A stretch of 32,000 bases of DNA from Demequinaceae bacterium. GTDB taxonomy: Bacteria; Actinomycetota; Actinomycetes; Actinomycetales; Demequinaceae. Below are positions 10,450-20,338 of the stretch, in pieces (position 1 is the stretch's first letter; each line of letters opens with the position of its first letter). The stretch spans positions 450,001-482,000 of the forward strand of contig OZ252279.1 in assembly GCA_965250005.1 (NCBI GenBank). The letters run 5' to 3'. The notes under the pieces were generated by a model that saw only the letters and a program-made list of their open reading frames with translations, was not told the DNA's origin and searched no databases. Both the position numbers and the translations under genes were made by a program.

Positions 10450-12524
10450 TTGGCGGCCACGATTGAATCACGGGCTGCCGCTGCCACGGCGTCGGCAGTG
10501 AAACCGAACTCCTTGAATAGAAGGCCGCCGTCCGCCGACGCCCCATAGTGCTCAATCGATACCGCACGCCCAGCGTCCCCGAGCAGGTCGTGCCAGCATT
10601 GGGCGATGCCCGCTTCTACGGTCACGCGAGCGCGAACGCCAGCGGAAATCACGGACTCACGGTAACGAGCATCCTGTTCGTCAAACCACTCGCGGCAGGG
10701 CATGGAGACGACTCGCGCCTGCACGCCTTCGGCTGCAAGCAGCTCGCGAGCGCCCAATGCGTGCTGAACCTCGGAGCCCGTGGCGATAAGAACGACGTCC
10801 GCGTCTCCATCTGTCTCTGCGAGCACATATGCACCCCTAAGGACGCCCTCGGCGCCCGCGAGTTTCCCGGCGCCACGCTCAACTGTCGGAACATTTTGAC
10901 GAGTCAAGATGATGCCCGCCGGGCGGTCGGTGCGCTCGAGGATTCCCCGCCATGCGTACGACGTCTCGTTTGCGTCTGCGGGACGAACCACGTCGAGCCC
11001 TGGAATCGCCCGCAGCGAGGCGAGGTGCTCGACCGGCTGGTGCGTCGGCCCGTCTTCGCCCAGACCGATGGAGTCGTGCGTCCACACGAACGTGGACGGG
11101 ATCTTCATCAGTGCGGCGAGTCGAACGGAACCGCGCATGTAGTCGGAGAACACAAGAAAGGTGCCGCCGTACGCGCGCGTCTGCCCGTGCAGAACGATGC
11201 CGTTGAGGATCGCTCCCATCGCGTGCTCGCGGATGCCGAAGTGCATGGTGCGCCCATACTTGTGACCCCTAAACATGTCGGTGGAACGGGCCTCAGGAAG
11301 GAAGGACGGCTCGCCCTTCATGGTGGTGTTGTTGGAGCCTGCGAGGTCGGCAGAACCTCCCCATAACTCGGGAAGCACAGGGGCAAGGGCGGCTAGCACG
11401 GCGCCTGAGGCGGCGCGGGTGGCGAGTGCGCCGCCTGCCTCGAACACGGGCAGCACAGACTCCCAGCCCGCGGGAAGCTCGCGCTTGCGCACGCGTGCCA
11501 GCAGCGCGGCCTGCTCGGGATTGGCCTTCTCCCATGCGTCGAATTTGGTGTCCCACTCCGCGTGAGCGGCTTGGCCGCGGTCCTTCAGTTGGTGCGCGTG
11601 CGCCAAGACGTCGGCGTCTACCGCGAAGTCCTGCTCGGGATCGAAACCCAAGGCCTCCTTGAGCGCCTTGACCTCGTCGGTGCCGAGCTTAGAGCCGTGG
11701 ATAGCGCCCGTGTTTTGCTTGGCGGGGGCAGGCCAGCCAATGATGGTGCGGAGCCCAATGATCGAGGGCTTGCCTGTCTCTGACTTGGCCGCGGCGATGG
11801 CGTCAGCGAGGGCGTCAACGTCCTCCTTGTAGCCGCCATCCGGCTGCGTCCAGCTCACGCGGTGCGTGTCCCAGCCGTACGCCGCGTAGCGCGCAAGTAC
11901 GTCCTCGGTGAAGGCAACCTCCGTGTCGTCCTCGATCGAGATGTGGTTGTCGTCCCATAGCACGATGAGGTTGCCGAGTTCCTGAGTTCCGGCGAGAGAC
12001 GACGCCTCGGCGGTCACGCCCTCCTGGAGGTCGCCGTCAGACGCAATCACGTAGACGTGGTGGTCGAACGGGCTGTCACCTGCGGCGGCGTCCGGGTCGA
12101 ATAGTCCACGCTCGCGGCGCGCCGCCATGGCCATGCCGACGGCTGACGCGAGTCCGGAGCCGAGCGGCCCTGTAGTGATCTCGACTCCGTCGGTGTGGCC
12201 GACTTCTGGGTGACCCGGAGTGCGTGAGCCGAAGGTGCGCAGGGACTTTAGGTCATCGAGCGTCAGGTCGTAGCCGGAGGCGAAGAGCTGGAGGTAGAGC
12301 GTGAGCGAAGAGTGACCTGCAGACAGCACGAAGCGGTCCCGGCCGAGCCACGCGGAGTTGGTGGGATCGTGGCGTATGACGTTCTGGAACAGGTAGTACG
12401 CGGCCGGAGCGAGGCTGATCGCCGTGCCCGGGTGACCGTTCCCCACTTTCTCCACGGCATCTGCTGCCAAAACGCGAAGCGTGTCGACCGCAGCGCGGTC
12501 CTTGTCGGTCCAGTTGACGGTCAC
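10446..12524 (-). CDS. tkt: Transketolase
   Basis: N-terminal ThDP motifs GHPGTAISLAP and ASDGDLQEGV (GDG..EG) are present. It is 692 aa with a GTG start. Confidence 0.95.
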   Translation of the reverse strand: MTVNWTDKDRAAVDTLRVLAADAVEKVGNGHPGTAISLAPAAYYLFQNVIRHDPTNSAWLGRDRFVLSAGHSSLTLYLQLFASGYDLTLDDLKSLRTFGSRTPGHPEVGHTDGVEITTGPLGSGLASAVGMAMAARRERGLFDPDAAAGDSPFDHHVYVIASDGDLQEGVTAEASSLAGTQELGNLIVLWDDNHISIEDDTEVAFTEDVLARYAAYGWDTHRVSWTQPDGGYKEDVDALADAIAAAKSETGKPSIIGLRTIIGWPAPAKQNTGAIHGSKLGTDEVKALKEALGFDPEQDFAVDADVLAHAHQLKDRGQAAHAEWDTKFDAWEKANPEQAALLARVRKRELPAGWESVLPVFEAGGALATRAASGAVLAALAPVLPELWGGSADLAGSNNTTMKGEPSFLPEARSTDMFRGHKYGRTMHFGIREHAMGAILNGIVLHGQTRAYGGTFLVFSDYMRGSVRLAALMKIPSTFVWTHDSIGLGEDGPTHQPVEHLASLRAIPGLDVVRPADANETSYAWRGILERTDRPAGIILTRQNVPTVERGAGKLAGAEGVLRGAYVLAETDGDADVVLIATGSEVQHALGARELLAAEGVQARVVSMPCREWFDEQDARYRESVISAGVRARVTVEAGIAQCWHDLLGDAGRAVSIEHYGASADGGLLFKEFGFTADAVAAAARDSIVAAK

Positions 12525-12615
12525 GGATACTCCCCGAAAAAGAATGGCTGAGGTCTCCCACAGCCTACCGGCGCAGCGGCGTTGGACAGAACTTCAGCGC
12601 CGGTACGATGGCCTC

Positions 12616-13569
12616 ATGCCCACAGCGTCTTCGCCCACCGCGGTCAAGGTCCCCGGATGGATCCTTGCCTCACGCAAGTTGAAGGCCTACGTGGCGCTCA
12701 CCAAACCGCGCATAGTCGAGCTACTGCTCGCCACCACGTTGCCAACGATGTTTCTGGCAAGCGATGGTTGGCCGGACGCATGGCTCACGGTGGCCACGCT
12801 CATCGGAGGCACTCTGTCAGCCGGTTCCGCCAACGCGTTCAACATGTATATCGACCGGGACATCGACGCGATCATGAAGCGGACCAAGAACCGCCCGATC
12901 GTCACGGGCGCCGTTTCCCCTCGCGCGGCCTTGGTATTCGCCTGGATACTGGGCGCCTTGTCCACGGCGTGGTTCTACTGGATCGTCGGATCCCCACTTG
13001 CGACCCTGCTCTCTGTGCTGGCGATCCTCGCCTACGTAGTGGGCTACACACTGATCCTGAAGCGCCGCACTCCGCAGAACATTGTGTGGGGCGGAGCAGC
13101 GGGGTGCATGCCCGTCCTCATCGGCTGGGCGGCCGTCACGGAGAAGGTCAGTTGGGCGCCGATCTTGCTCTTTCTCATCGTCTTCTTCTGGACGCCGCCG
13201 CACTACTGGCCACTGTCGATGAAGTTCAAGGGCGACTACGCGCATGCTGACGTCCCTATGCTTCCGGTAGTCGCCACCTCTCGCAGGGTCGCCACGGAAA
13301 TGATCACTTATGCGATCGCCATGGTCGGGGCATCTCTTGTGTTGATTCCCGTCGCACGAATGACTTGGGTCTACGCACTCGCGGCGATCGTGCTCGGGTT
13401 GTGGTTTGTTGCCGGGTGCTTCGCGCTCTACGGCCGCGCCCGCCGTGGCGAAAAGAAACTGCGCGAAATGCGACTCTTCCGCGACTCGATCGCGTACCTC
13501 ACTGTGCTCTTCACGTTCGTCATGATCGATCCCGTTCTGCCAGACTCGCTCACCGTCTGGATGGGCTGA
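12616..13569 (+). CDS. ctaB: Protoheme IX farnesyltransferase (heme O synthase)
   Basis: A UbiA-family polytopic membrane protein with [14 protein letters not shown] and [20 protein letters not shown] chose ATG 12616. ATG 12544 and ORF start 12481 would overlap or abut the divergent tkt start. Confidence 0.85.
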   Translation: MPTASSPTAVKVPGWILASRKLKAYVALTKPRIVELLLATTLPTMFLASDGWPDAWLTVATLIGGTLSAGSANAFNMYIDRDIDAIMKRTKNRPIVTGAVSPRAALVFAWILGALSTAWFYWIVGSPLATLLSVLAILAYVVGYTLILKRRTPQNIVWGGAAGCMPVLIGWAAVTEKVSWAPILLFLIVFFWTPPHYWPLSMKFKGDYAHADVPMLPVVATSRRVATEMITYAIAMVGASLVLIPVARMTWVYALAAIVLGLWFVAGCFALYGRARRGEKKLREMRLFRDSIAYLTVLFTFVMIDPVLPDSLTVWMG

Positions 13570-13580
13570 CGGGCGCGCTC

Positions 13581-14519
13581 GTGCTGACCCGCCAGCGGGA
13601 TATGTACCTCGCTCACGTGACCGTCGAGCGCGGCCTGAGCGACAACACCGTCAGCGCCTACCGCCGCGACCTCAGGCGCTACCTCGCGTTCCTCGAGTCC
13701 CGCAGCATCACCTCGCTGGCCGATGTCCAGCGCGCCGATGTGAGCGCGTTTAGCCAGGCGGTCGGCGACGGGGGAGATGGGGGAAGACCTCTGGCTGCGG
13801 CGTCGGCTTCGCGCATCATTTCCGCCGTGCGGGGCTGGCATCGCTTCGCCGTCGACGAAGGATGGACGGCACACGACCCGTCGCGCGAGGTCAAACCCCG
13901 CGTCATCCCCAGGCGGCTTCCCAAGGCGATCTCGACCCAACAGGTTGCCGCCATCATCGAAGCCGCGGGATCGACTGACGCGATCGCCGGTAGGGATACG
14001 CCCCGTCAGTTGCGCGACCGCGCGCTGCTCGAGATGCTCTACGCTACGGGCGCGAGAATCTCCGAACTTGTCGGTCTGGATGTGGACGACGCCGTCTTGA
14101 CTTTGGGCGCGGAGTCCGCACTTCTTCGCGGCAAGGGCCGCAAGGAGCGCGTCGTTCCCGTGGGCCGGGCAGCCATCGACGCGCTAGGTGCCTACCTGTC
14201 GCGCGGACGGGCCGCGCTCGTGGGAAAGGGCGATGGCGGTGCGGCAATATTTCTGAATACCCGTGGAGGTCGCTTGAGTCGTCAGAGCGCGTGGGCAATC
14301 CTGAAAGCCGCTGCCTCTCGCACCGGCGTCGAGCATGTCTCGCCCCATACGATGCGCCACAGCTTCGCCACTCACCTGTTGTCTGGCGGAGCGGATGTGC
14401 GCGTTGTCCAGGAACTTCTGGGGCACGCGAGTGTCACCACTACGCAGCTCTACACACTCGTGACCCAGGACACGCTGCGCGAGGTCTACGTATCCGCCCA
14501 CCCCAGAGCGCTGCGGTAG
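13581..14519 (+). CDS. xerD: Site-specific tyrosine recombinase XerD
   Basis: The N-terminus [20 protein letters not shown] is present, with catalytic residues in [20 protein letters not shown] and [13 protein letters not shown]. It is colinear with M. tuberculosis XerD as I recall it. The GTG at 13581 is the first start after the ctaB stop. Confidence 0.9.
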   Translation: MLTRQRDMYLAHVTVERGLSDNTVSAYRRDLRRYLAFLESRSITSLADVQRADVSAFSQAVGDGGDGGRPLAAASASRIISAVRGWHRFAVDEGWTAHDPSREVKPRVIPRRLPKAISTQQVAAIIEAAGSTDAIAGRDTPRQLRDRALLEMLYATGARISELVGLDVDDAVLTLGAESALLRGKGRKERVVPVGRAAIDALGAYLSRGRAALVGKGDGGAAIFLNTRGGRLSRQSAWAILKAAASRTGVEHVSPHTMRHSFATHLLSGGADVRVVQELLGHASVTTTQLYTLVTQDTLREVYVSAHPRALR

Positions 14520-14528
14520 CGTGTCACT

Positions 14529-15344
14529 GTGACGGACTTCCCGGTACCGGTCGCGCTCGAGTCGCACGGACCCGCGCGCGTCATCGCCCTCTGCAATCAG
14601 AAGGGCGGCGTAGGCAAGACGACCACGGCCGTCAACCTCGCCGCATCGTTCGCCGACTATGGCCGCAAGGTGTTGCTGGTCGACTTCGACCCCCAGGGGG
14701 CCGTATGTGCGTCGTTCGGAATCAACGCGAACTCGCTCGATAAGACCATCTACCACGTGATGACCGACGAAGGCTTGAACGCCCGCGACGCGGTGCTGCC
14801 GTCCGGTGTCGAGAACCTTGACGTCCTTCCGGCGAACATCGACCTGGCCGCAGCCGAGCAGACGCTGGTCAACGAGGTTGCCCGAGAAGGTGTTCTCGAC
14901 CGTGCGCTCAAGCCCCTTCACGACGACTACGACCTGATCCTCATCGACTGCCAGCCGTCCCTTGGCCTGCTCACGGTAAACGCGCTGGTGGCGGCTCACG
15001 GGGTGCTGATCCCGCTCGCATGCGAATACTTCGCGATGCGCGGCGTTGCGCTGCTGATCGACACCATCAACAAAGTGCAGACGCGGCTCAACTCTCGCTT
15101 GACGGTGGACGGCTTATTGCCAACGATGTATGACGCCCGCACACTGCACTGCCGCGAGGTGGTCGAGGCGGTTCAGGAGGCTTTCGGGGATCAGGTGCTC
15201 GAGACGTTCATCGGCCGCACGGTTAAATTCCCGGATGCAACCGTGGCAGCCGAGCCCATGCTTACCTTCGCCCCCGGGCACCTCGGGACCAAGCAGTACC
15301 GCGAGGTCGCTCGCGAGCTCATTGCCAGGGGAGTAGCGGCCTGA
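14529..15344 (+). CDS. ParA/Soj-family ATPase (Rv1708-like, no adjacent parB)
   Basis: The deviant Walker [13 protein letters not shown] is present, followed by LLVDFDPQG. It occupies the conserved position upstream of scpA and scpB. Confidence 0.9.
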   Translation: MTDFPVPVALESHGPARVIALCNQKGGVGKTTTAVNLAASFADYGRKVLLVDFDPQGAVCASFGINANSLDKTIYHVMTDEGLNARDAVLPSGVENLDVLPANIDLAAAEQTLVNEVAREGVLDRALKPLHDDYDLILIDCQPSLGLLTVNALVAAHGVLIPLACEYFAMRGVALLIDTINKVQTRLNSRLTVDGLLPTMYDARTLHCREVVEAVQEAFGDQVLETFIGRTVKFPDATVAAEPMLTFAPGHLGTKQYREVARELIARGVAA

Positions 15345-15345
15345 G

Positions 15346-16182
15346 ATGACAACTCAGATCGTGAATTCGGCCGACGCCCAGGGCGATGCCGCTGGCAGCC
15401 CGGGCTTCGATGTGCACCTCGATAATTTCGAGGGTCCGTTCGACCTGCTGCTTTCGCTTATCTCGAAGCACGAGCTCCAGATCACCGAGATCGCTCTCTC
15501 GGCCGTCACCGACGAATTCATTGCGACGGTGATGGCGGACGGGCTCGACTGGGACCTGAGCGGAGCGAGCGAGTTCCTCGTGGTGGCCGCGACGCTCCTC
15601 GACCTTAAAGCCGCACGGTTGCTGCCCCAGGGCGAGGTCGAGGACGCAGAGGACTTGGCCATGCTGGAGGCACGCGACCTGCTGTTTGCCCGCCTCTTGC
15701 AGTACCGCGCGTTCAAAGAAATTGCCGGATCCCTAGAATCTTTGCTCGATGCCCCGCGCAGGGTCCCACGTAACGTCGCACTTGAGCCGCACTTCGCCAT
15801 GTTGTTGCCCGAGCTCGTGTGGGCCGTTGACGCGGACACACTTGCTCGCCTGGCGGCATACGCTCTTGAATTCCGTCCCGATCAGGGCGTCTCGCTCACA
15901 CACCTGCACAATCCCAAGGTGTCGGTGCGCGAGCAGGCGGCCGTCATATCCACACACCTGCAGCGCGAGGGGACGATGACCTTCCGCGCGCTGACCGCGG
16001 ACGCGCAAGAGATCGCCGTCGTCGTGGCGCGCTTTCTCGCCCTGCTCGAACTGTTCCGCGAATCCGCCGTCGCGTTTGATCAGGTACGGTCTCTGAGCGA
16101 CCTCACAGTGCGCTGGACTGGCGGCGAGCGGGGGTTCGAACTTGCGGCCGATTTTGATGAGGACCACCACGCACATGACTGA
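15346..16182 (+). CDS. scpA: Segregation and condensation protein A
   Basis: The N-terminal kleisin motif FEGPFDLLLSLISKHELQITEIALSAVTDEF is present. The gene is followed by overlapping scpB. Confidence 0.9.
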   Translation: MTTQIVNSADAQGDAAGSPGFDVHLDNFEGPFDLLLSLISKHELQITEIALSAVTDEFIATVMADGLDWDLSGASEFLVVAATLLDLKAARLLPQGEVEDAEDLAMLEARDLLFARLLQYRAFKEIAGSLESLLDAPRRVPRNVALEPHFAMLLPELVWAVDADTLARLAAYALEFRPDQGVSLTHLHNPKVSVREQAAVISTHLQREGTMTFRALTADAQEIAVVVARFLALLELFRESAVAFDQVRSLSDLTVRWTGGERGFELAADFDEDHHAHD

Positions 16183-16723
16183 CACGCACCTAGCGGGCGC
16201 TATTGAGGCCGTGCTTATGGTCACAGACGACCCCGTATCTGCCGCGGACCTCGCGGCCGCAATCGAGGTTCCGGAGAACGACGTCCGCGCTGCTGTCGAA
16301 GCCCTCCGCGACGAGTACGCAGACCCGGACCGGCCTCGCGGCTTTGAGTTGCGCGAAACTGATGGCCGGTGGCGCATCTACTCTGCTCGCCTGTACGCCG
16401 ATATCGTCGGACGCTTTGTGGTGGATGGACAGTCGGCGCGGCTCTCTCAAGCGGCTTTGGAGACGCTCGCTGTGGTCGCATACCGCCAGCCGGTCACGCG
16501 TGGTCAGATTTCGCAGATTCGAGGAGTGAGCGTGGATACCGTTGTCAAAACGCTCCTATCGCGTGGCCTCGTCACCGAGGTGGGGGAGATCGCGGGCGCT
16601 ACACAGTACGGAACCACCACCGAGTTCCTCGAGCGCATGGGCTTGCATTCTGCCGAAGAGCTTCCGCCGCTCGCGCCGTACCTGCCGGATCTCGCCGACG
16701 TAGATGCCGAGGGCGCGGCCTAG
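16175..16723 (+). CDS. scpB: Segregation and condensation protein B
   Basis: Motifs AIEAVLMVTDDPVS and LETLAVVAYRQPVTRGQISQIRGV are present. The ATG at 16175 overlaps the scpA end (ATGACTGA). Confidence 0.9.
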   Translation: MTDTHLAGAIEAVLMVTDDPVSAADLAAAIEVPENDVRAAVEALRDEYADPDRPRGFELRETDGRWRIYSARLYADIVGRFVVDGQSARLSQAALETLAVVAYRQPVTRGQISQIRGVSVDTVVKTLLSRGLVTEVGEIAGATQYGTTTEFLERMGLHSAEELPPLAPYLPDLADVDAEGAA

Positions 16724-17469
16724 TGACCATGGAAATCCACCGACCGGAGGGCGTACGCCTGCAGAAGGTGCTCGCCGCCGCCGGCATAGGGTCCCGCCGC
16801 AAGTGCGAGATTCTGATCGAGCAGGGTCGCGTGAAGATCGACGGGGAAGTCGTCGCCGCACAGGGTATCCGCGTGGACCCTGAAAATGTCATGATTGAAG
16901 TTGACGACAAGCGCATCCACGTGGGAGACGAGCACCTGACGGTGGTCCTCAACAAGCCTCGCGGCGTCGTGAGCACCATGAGCGACCCTGACGGCAAGCC
17001 CGCGCTTGACCAGTTCGTCAAGGAGTACGAGCCGCGGCTGTTTCACGTGGGCCGGCTGGACGCCGAGACCACGGGCGTCTTGCTGATGACCAACAACGGC
17101 GAGCTCGCGAACCGGCTCGCGCACCCGGCTCACGGTGTTGGGAAGGTCTACATGGCGAAAGTACGCGGAACCGTCCCGTCTTCCATCTGCACCACCCTGC
17201 GATCAGGCGTGGATCTGGAAGACGGCCCTGTCCGTGTCACGCAGTGCCACGTGCTCGACACGCAGGGTCAGAGCTCACTGATCGAAGTCACACTTCACGA
17301 GGGCCGCAATAGGATCGTGCGCCGCATGTTCGACGCGGTTGGGTTTCCCGTGGTGGAACTGGTGCGGACGTCGTTTGGTCCCATCCGGCTCGGCACGCTC
17401 GCCCCCGGCGAGGCCCGGGTACTCGGACGCGAGGACGTGGGCGCACTGATGGCGGCTGCGGGGCTCTAG
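16723..17469 (+). CDS. rluB: 23S rRNA pseudouridine synthase (RluB/RsuA family)
   Basis: Contains an S4 domain (VRLQKVLAAAGIGSRRKCEILIEQGRVKIDG) and the catalytic HVGRLDAETTGVLLMTNNG. The start is GTG 16723 (TAGTG overlap with scpB) or ATG 16729. The upstream part of ORF 16369.. is out of frame with scpB and was ignored. Confidence 0.85.
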   Translation: MTMEIHRPEGVRLQKVLAAAGIGSRRKCEILIEQGRVKIDGEVVAAQGIRVDPENVMIEVDDKRIHVGDEHLTVVLNKPRGVVSTMSDPDGKPALDQFVKEYEPRLFHVGRLDAETTGVLLMTNNGELANRLAHPAHGVGKVYMAKVRGTVPSSICTTLRSGVDLEDGPVRVTQCHVLDTQGQSSLIEVTLHEGRNRIVRRMFDAVGFPVVELVRTSFGPIRLGTLAPGEARVLGREDVGALMAAAGL

Positions 17470-17500
17470 CCGCCGATAACATAGACGCTGGAGGCCAACC

Positions 17501-17863
17501 ATGACTATCCGCGCGATACGCGGCGCGACCACCGTCCCGGTGGACGAGCAGGCGGTTTTGCATGACCGCACCGTCGAGCTAGTTTCCGCGATGATCGAGC
17601 AGAACGCGCTCTCAACGGACGACCTCATCTCTATATTCTTCACGTGCACCGTCGACCTCACCTCGTACTTCCCGGCGGCCGCAGCGCGGAGCATCGGGCT
17701 GGGCGACGTCCCGCTCATGTGCACCGTTGAGATGGATGTGGACGGCGCACCCGAGCGCGTCATTCGGGTGATGGCTCATGCCAACATGGACGTCCCGCGG
17801 GCCGACATCAAACATGTCTACCTCCACGAAGCTGTAGCGCTGCGGCGCGACCTGGCGCAGTAG
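17501..17863 (+). CDS. aroH: Chorismate mutase, AroH class
   Basis: The 120-aa ORF (MTIRAIRGATTV...IFFTCTVDL...FPAAAAR...VPLMCTVEMDV.G...IRVM...HVYL..AV.LR.DL) aligns along its length with B. subtilis AroH as I recall it. Confidence 0.85.
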   Translation: MTIRAIRGATTVPVDEQAVLHDRTVELVSAMIEQNALSTDDLISIFFTCTVDLTSYFPAAAARSIGLGDVPLMCTVEMDVDGAPERVIRVMAHANMDVPRADIKHVYLHEAVALRRDLAQ

Positions 17864-17881
17864 CGGCGCAGGCAGAGCAAC

Positions 17882-18949
17882 GTGAGCGACACCCCCGCAT
17901 CGGAATCCGTGGTCCATATTGTGGGCGCCGGGCTCATAGGCGCGTCCTTAGGCATCGGCCTCAAGGCCGAGGGCTGGGACGTGACCATCGCAGACGCCGA
18001 CCCGGATGTCGCCGCACTCGCACAGAGTCTTGGAGCCGGGGAATCGCTCGCGACAGACGCGGAACCCAGTCTCGTCATCATCGCGGTCCCACCCGCTGTG
18101 GCCGCCGCGGAGGTGGCCCAGGCGCTAACCCGTTGGACCAAGGCGATTGTGACGGACGTGGCGTCCGTCAAGGCGCCCATCGCCCGCGCGGCAGCAGAGA
18201 CCGGGCACGCCGAACGCTACGTCGGGTCTCACCCCATGTCTGGTCGGGAGGTTTCCGGCAGCCTCGCGGCACAGGGAGACCTGTTCCGGGCGCGTCCGTG
18301 GGTGGTGTGCCCCAACGGCGCAACTACTGCCGCCACGGCAGCTGTGACCCACCTGGCCGAGGCGCTGGGCGCAGACGTCGTGATGATGGAGGCCGAAGAT
18401 CACGACGTCGCCGTCGCCCGGGTATCGCACACACCCCAAGTGGTCGCCTCCGCCGTGGCCGCCGCGCTTGGGGATCTGGGCGAAGCGGACGTCGCGCTTG
18501 CGGGCCAAGGCCTCAGGGATGTGACCCGAATCGCCGGGAGCGACCCGCGAATGTGGGAAGACATTGCGCGCCTTAACTCTGCCGCCCTGCGCCACACGGT
18601 TGGCCTTGTGGTGGACGACCTCACGCGAGTTCGCGAGGCGAGCGACATTGGCGTTGCCGTAGCAGACCTCGTCTCTCGCGGACGGAAAGAAGCTGCCCGC
18701 ATCCCAGGCAAGCATGGCGGCACCAAGCGCGAATGGGCCGACGTCACGGTCATCGTGCCTGACGAGCCTGGTCAACTGCTGCGGCTACTCACGGACGTTG
18801 CGGGCATCGGAGTCAACGTCGAGGACATCGCAATCGAGCACTCGCCTCGCCAACCCGTGGGCCTCACCACGCTTATCGTCGACCCCAAGCGGTCGGCGGA
18901 TCTCGCGGCGGCGCTGACGGAGTCGGGGTGGGACGTGGCGTCCTCATGA
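17882..18949 (+). CDS. tyrA: Prephenate dehydrogenase with C-terminal ACT domain
   Basis: Contains the Rossmann motif IVGAGLIGASLG, the motif GSHPMSGRE, and a C-terminal ACT-like segment VTVIVPDEPGQLLRLLTDVAGIGVNVEDI. Confidence 0.85.
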   Translation: MSDTPASESVVHIVGAGLIGASLGIGLKAEGWDVTIADADPDVAALAQSLGAGESLATDAEPSLVIIAVPPAVAAAEVAQALTRWTKAIVTDVASVKAPIARAAAETGHAERYVGSHPMSGREVSGSLAAQGDLFRARPWVVCPNGATTAATAAVTHLAEALGADVVMMEAEDHDVAVARVSHTPQVVASAVAAALGDLGEADVALAGQGLRDVTRIAGSDPRMWEDIARLNSAALRHTVGLVVDDLTRVREASDIGVAVADLVSRGRKEAARIPGKHGGTKREWADVTVIVPDEPGQLLRLLTDVAGIGVNVEDIAIEHSPRQPVGLTTLIVDPKRSADLAAALTESGWDVASS

Positions 18950-19647
18950 CCGGAACCGTGATTGCGATCGACGGCCCCTCTGGTGTAGGCAAATCTACTG
19001 TTGCGCGCGAGGTCGCTCGACGGCTTGGCCTGGCCTACCTTGATACTGGTGCGACGTATCGGGCGGGTGCGCTGTGGTGCATGCGCGAGGGCATCCGCCT
19101 CACTGAACAGGATGACGTCGCTGCCGCCGTGCAGACCATGAACGTTCAACTCGTGCTCGATCCCGACAACCCGTTGGTCTTGCTCGACGGTGAGGATGTC
19201 TCGCGGCAGATTCGGTCCTCGCCGGTCACACTGACAGTTTCGGAGATTGCCACCAATCTGGAGGCACGGGCGATCCTCGGTCAGTGGCAGCGCGACGTCA
19301 TCGCGTCCGAACTCACCGGCGGCTTCTCGCAGGGCGCGGGGATTGTCGCTGAGGGTCGGGACATCACCACGGTTATCGCACCCGAGGCAGAGTCCCGCGT
19401 ACTCATGACAGCCGACCCGGAGGTTCGAGTCGCGCGCCGCGCCGCGGAGGAATCCGGCGGCGGCTTGGACACGCCGCCGAATGTTGACGCCGTGCGTGAC
19501 GCCGTACTCGGCCGCGACGCCAAAGACGCGAAGGCTGTGAACGTCACGGAAGCCGCGAGCGGGGTATTCACGCTGGATACCACCCATATGACGATCGACG
19601 ACGCAGTACAGGCCGTTATCGATCTCGCCCATCGAGGATCACTTTGA
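18946..19647 (+). CDS. cmk: Cytidylate kinase
   Basis: The P-loop IAIDGPSGVGKST and the motif LDTGATYRA are present. The ATG at 18946 overlaps the tyrA stop (ATGA). Confidence 0.9.
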   Translation: MTGTVIAIDGPSGVGKSTVAREVARRLGLAYLDTGATYRAGALWCMREGIRLTEQDDVAAAVQTMNVQLVLDPDNPLVLLDGEDVSRQIRSSPVTLTVSEIATNLEARAILGQWQRDVIASELTGGFSQGAGIVAEGRDITTVIAPEAESRVLMTADPEVRVARRAAEESGGGLDTPPNVDAVRDAVLGRDAKDAKAVNVTEAASGVFTLDTTHMTIDDAVQAVIDLAHRGSL

Positions 19648-20336
19648 CCGACCAGGAGAACCGCGCGGCTCCGTCACAGTGCGGTCCCCACTTTGGCCGG
19701 CTCGCGAGCTGGACTTTGGCCCGCGTGTTGTGGCGAACTACGCGACGCGGCAAGAAAAGAGTGCCACGCAAGGGACCTGTGATATTGATAGCCAATCACG
19801 TGGGGTTCATCGACGGACCCGTTGTTCACGGTGTCGCCCCCCGTCCCGTGCACATTCTAGTGAAGACGGAAATGTTCAGAGGGTTCCTCGATTGGTTCCT
19901 GACAGCCGTGGGCCAGATCGAAGTCGATGCGTCGGGAAGGGAGGCCCTCACGCGCGCCAGGCAGGTACTCAAACGCGGGGGAGTCGTCGGCGTCTTCCCC
20001 GAGGGCAGCCGCGGCGCAGGTGCGGCGGAAAACCTGCAAGGAGGTGCGGCTTGGCTGGCGCTGCACACTGGCGCCAGCGTTGTTCCCGTTGCCCTCTTTG
20101 GGACGCGTCGTACGGGGGAACCCGTGGGCGTTTGGCCGCGTCCTGGGCGCAAGATCATCGTCGAATTTGGTGCGCCGTTCTCCGTGGATCCGCCCACGGA
20201 ACTCAAGGGTCGCGCGCGCCAACAGCACGCTGAAGACACTCTCGCCAAAGTGCTTCGCGCCCACGTTGAGTCGGCAGCCTCTCGATCGTCCATTAGTCTT
20301 CCCACGGACGATCCGCTCCGCGAGAAAGAGGCATAA
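19644..20336 (+). CDS. 1-acyl-sn-glycerol-3-phosphate acyltransferase family protein
   Basis: Contains the HX4D motif NHVGFIDG and the motif FPEGSRG. The TTG start overlaps the cmk stop (TTGA), so the start is less certain. Confidence 0.75.
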   Translation: MTDQENRAAPSQCGPHFGRLASWTLARVLWRTTRRGKKRVPRKGPVILIANHVGFIDGPVVHGVAPRPVHILVKTEMFRGFLDWFLTAVGQIEVDASGREALTRARQVLKRGGVVGVFPEGSRGAGAAENLQGGAAWLALHTGASVVPVALFGTRRTGEPVGVWPRPGRKIIVEFGAPFSVDPPTELKGRARQQHAEDTLAKVLRAHVESAASRSSISLPTDDPLREKEA

Positions 20337-20338
20337 CG

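Noticed and set aside
15946-15954. A DnaA-box-like 9-mer ATATCCACA inside scpA.
   Set aside because: It is a single 8/9 match within a coding region, with no cluster of boxes and no AT-rich unwinding element nearby.
17039-17054. A parS-like sequence TGTTTCACGTGGGCCG inside rluB, close to the parA-like and scpAB genes.
   Set aside because: Only the left half plus the centre of the 16-bp parS palindrome (TGTTTCACGTGAAACA) matches. The right arm is unrelated, so no palindrome is formed.
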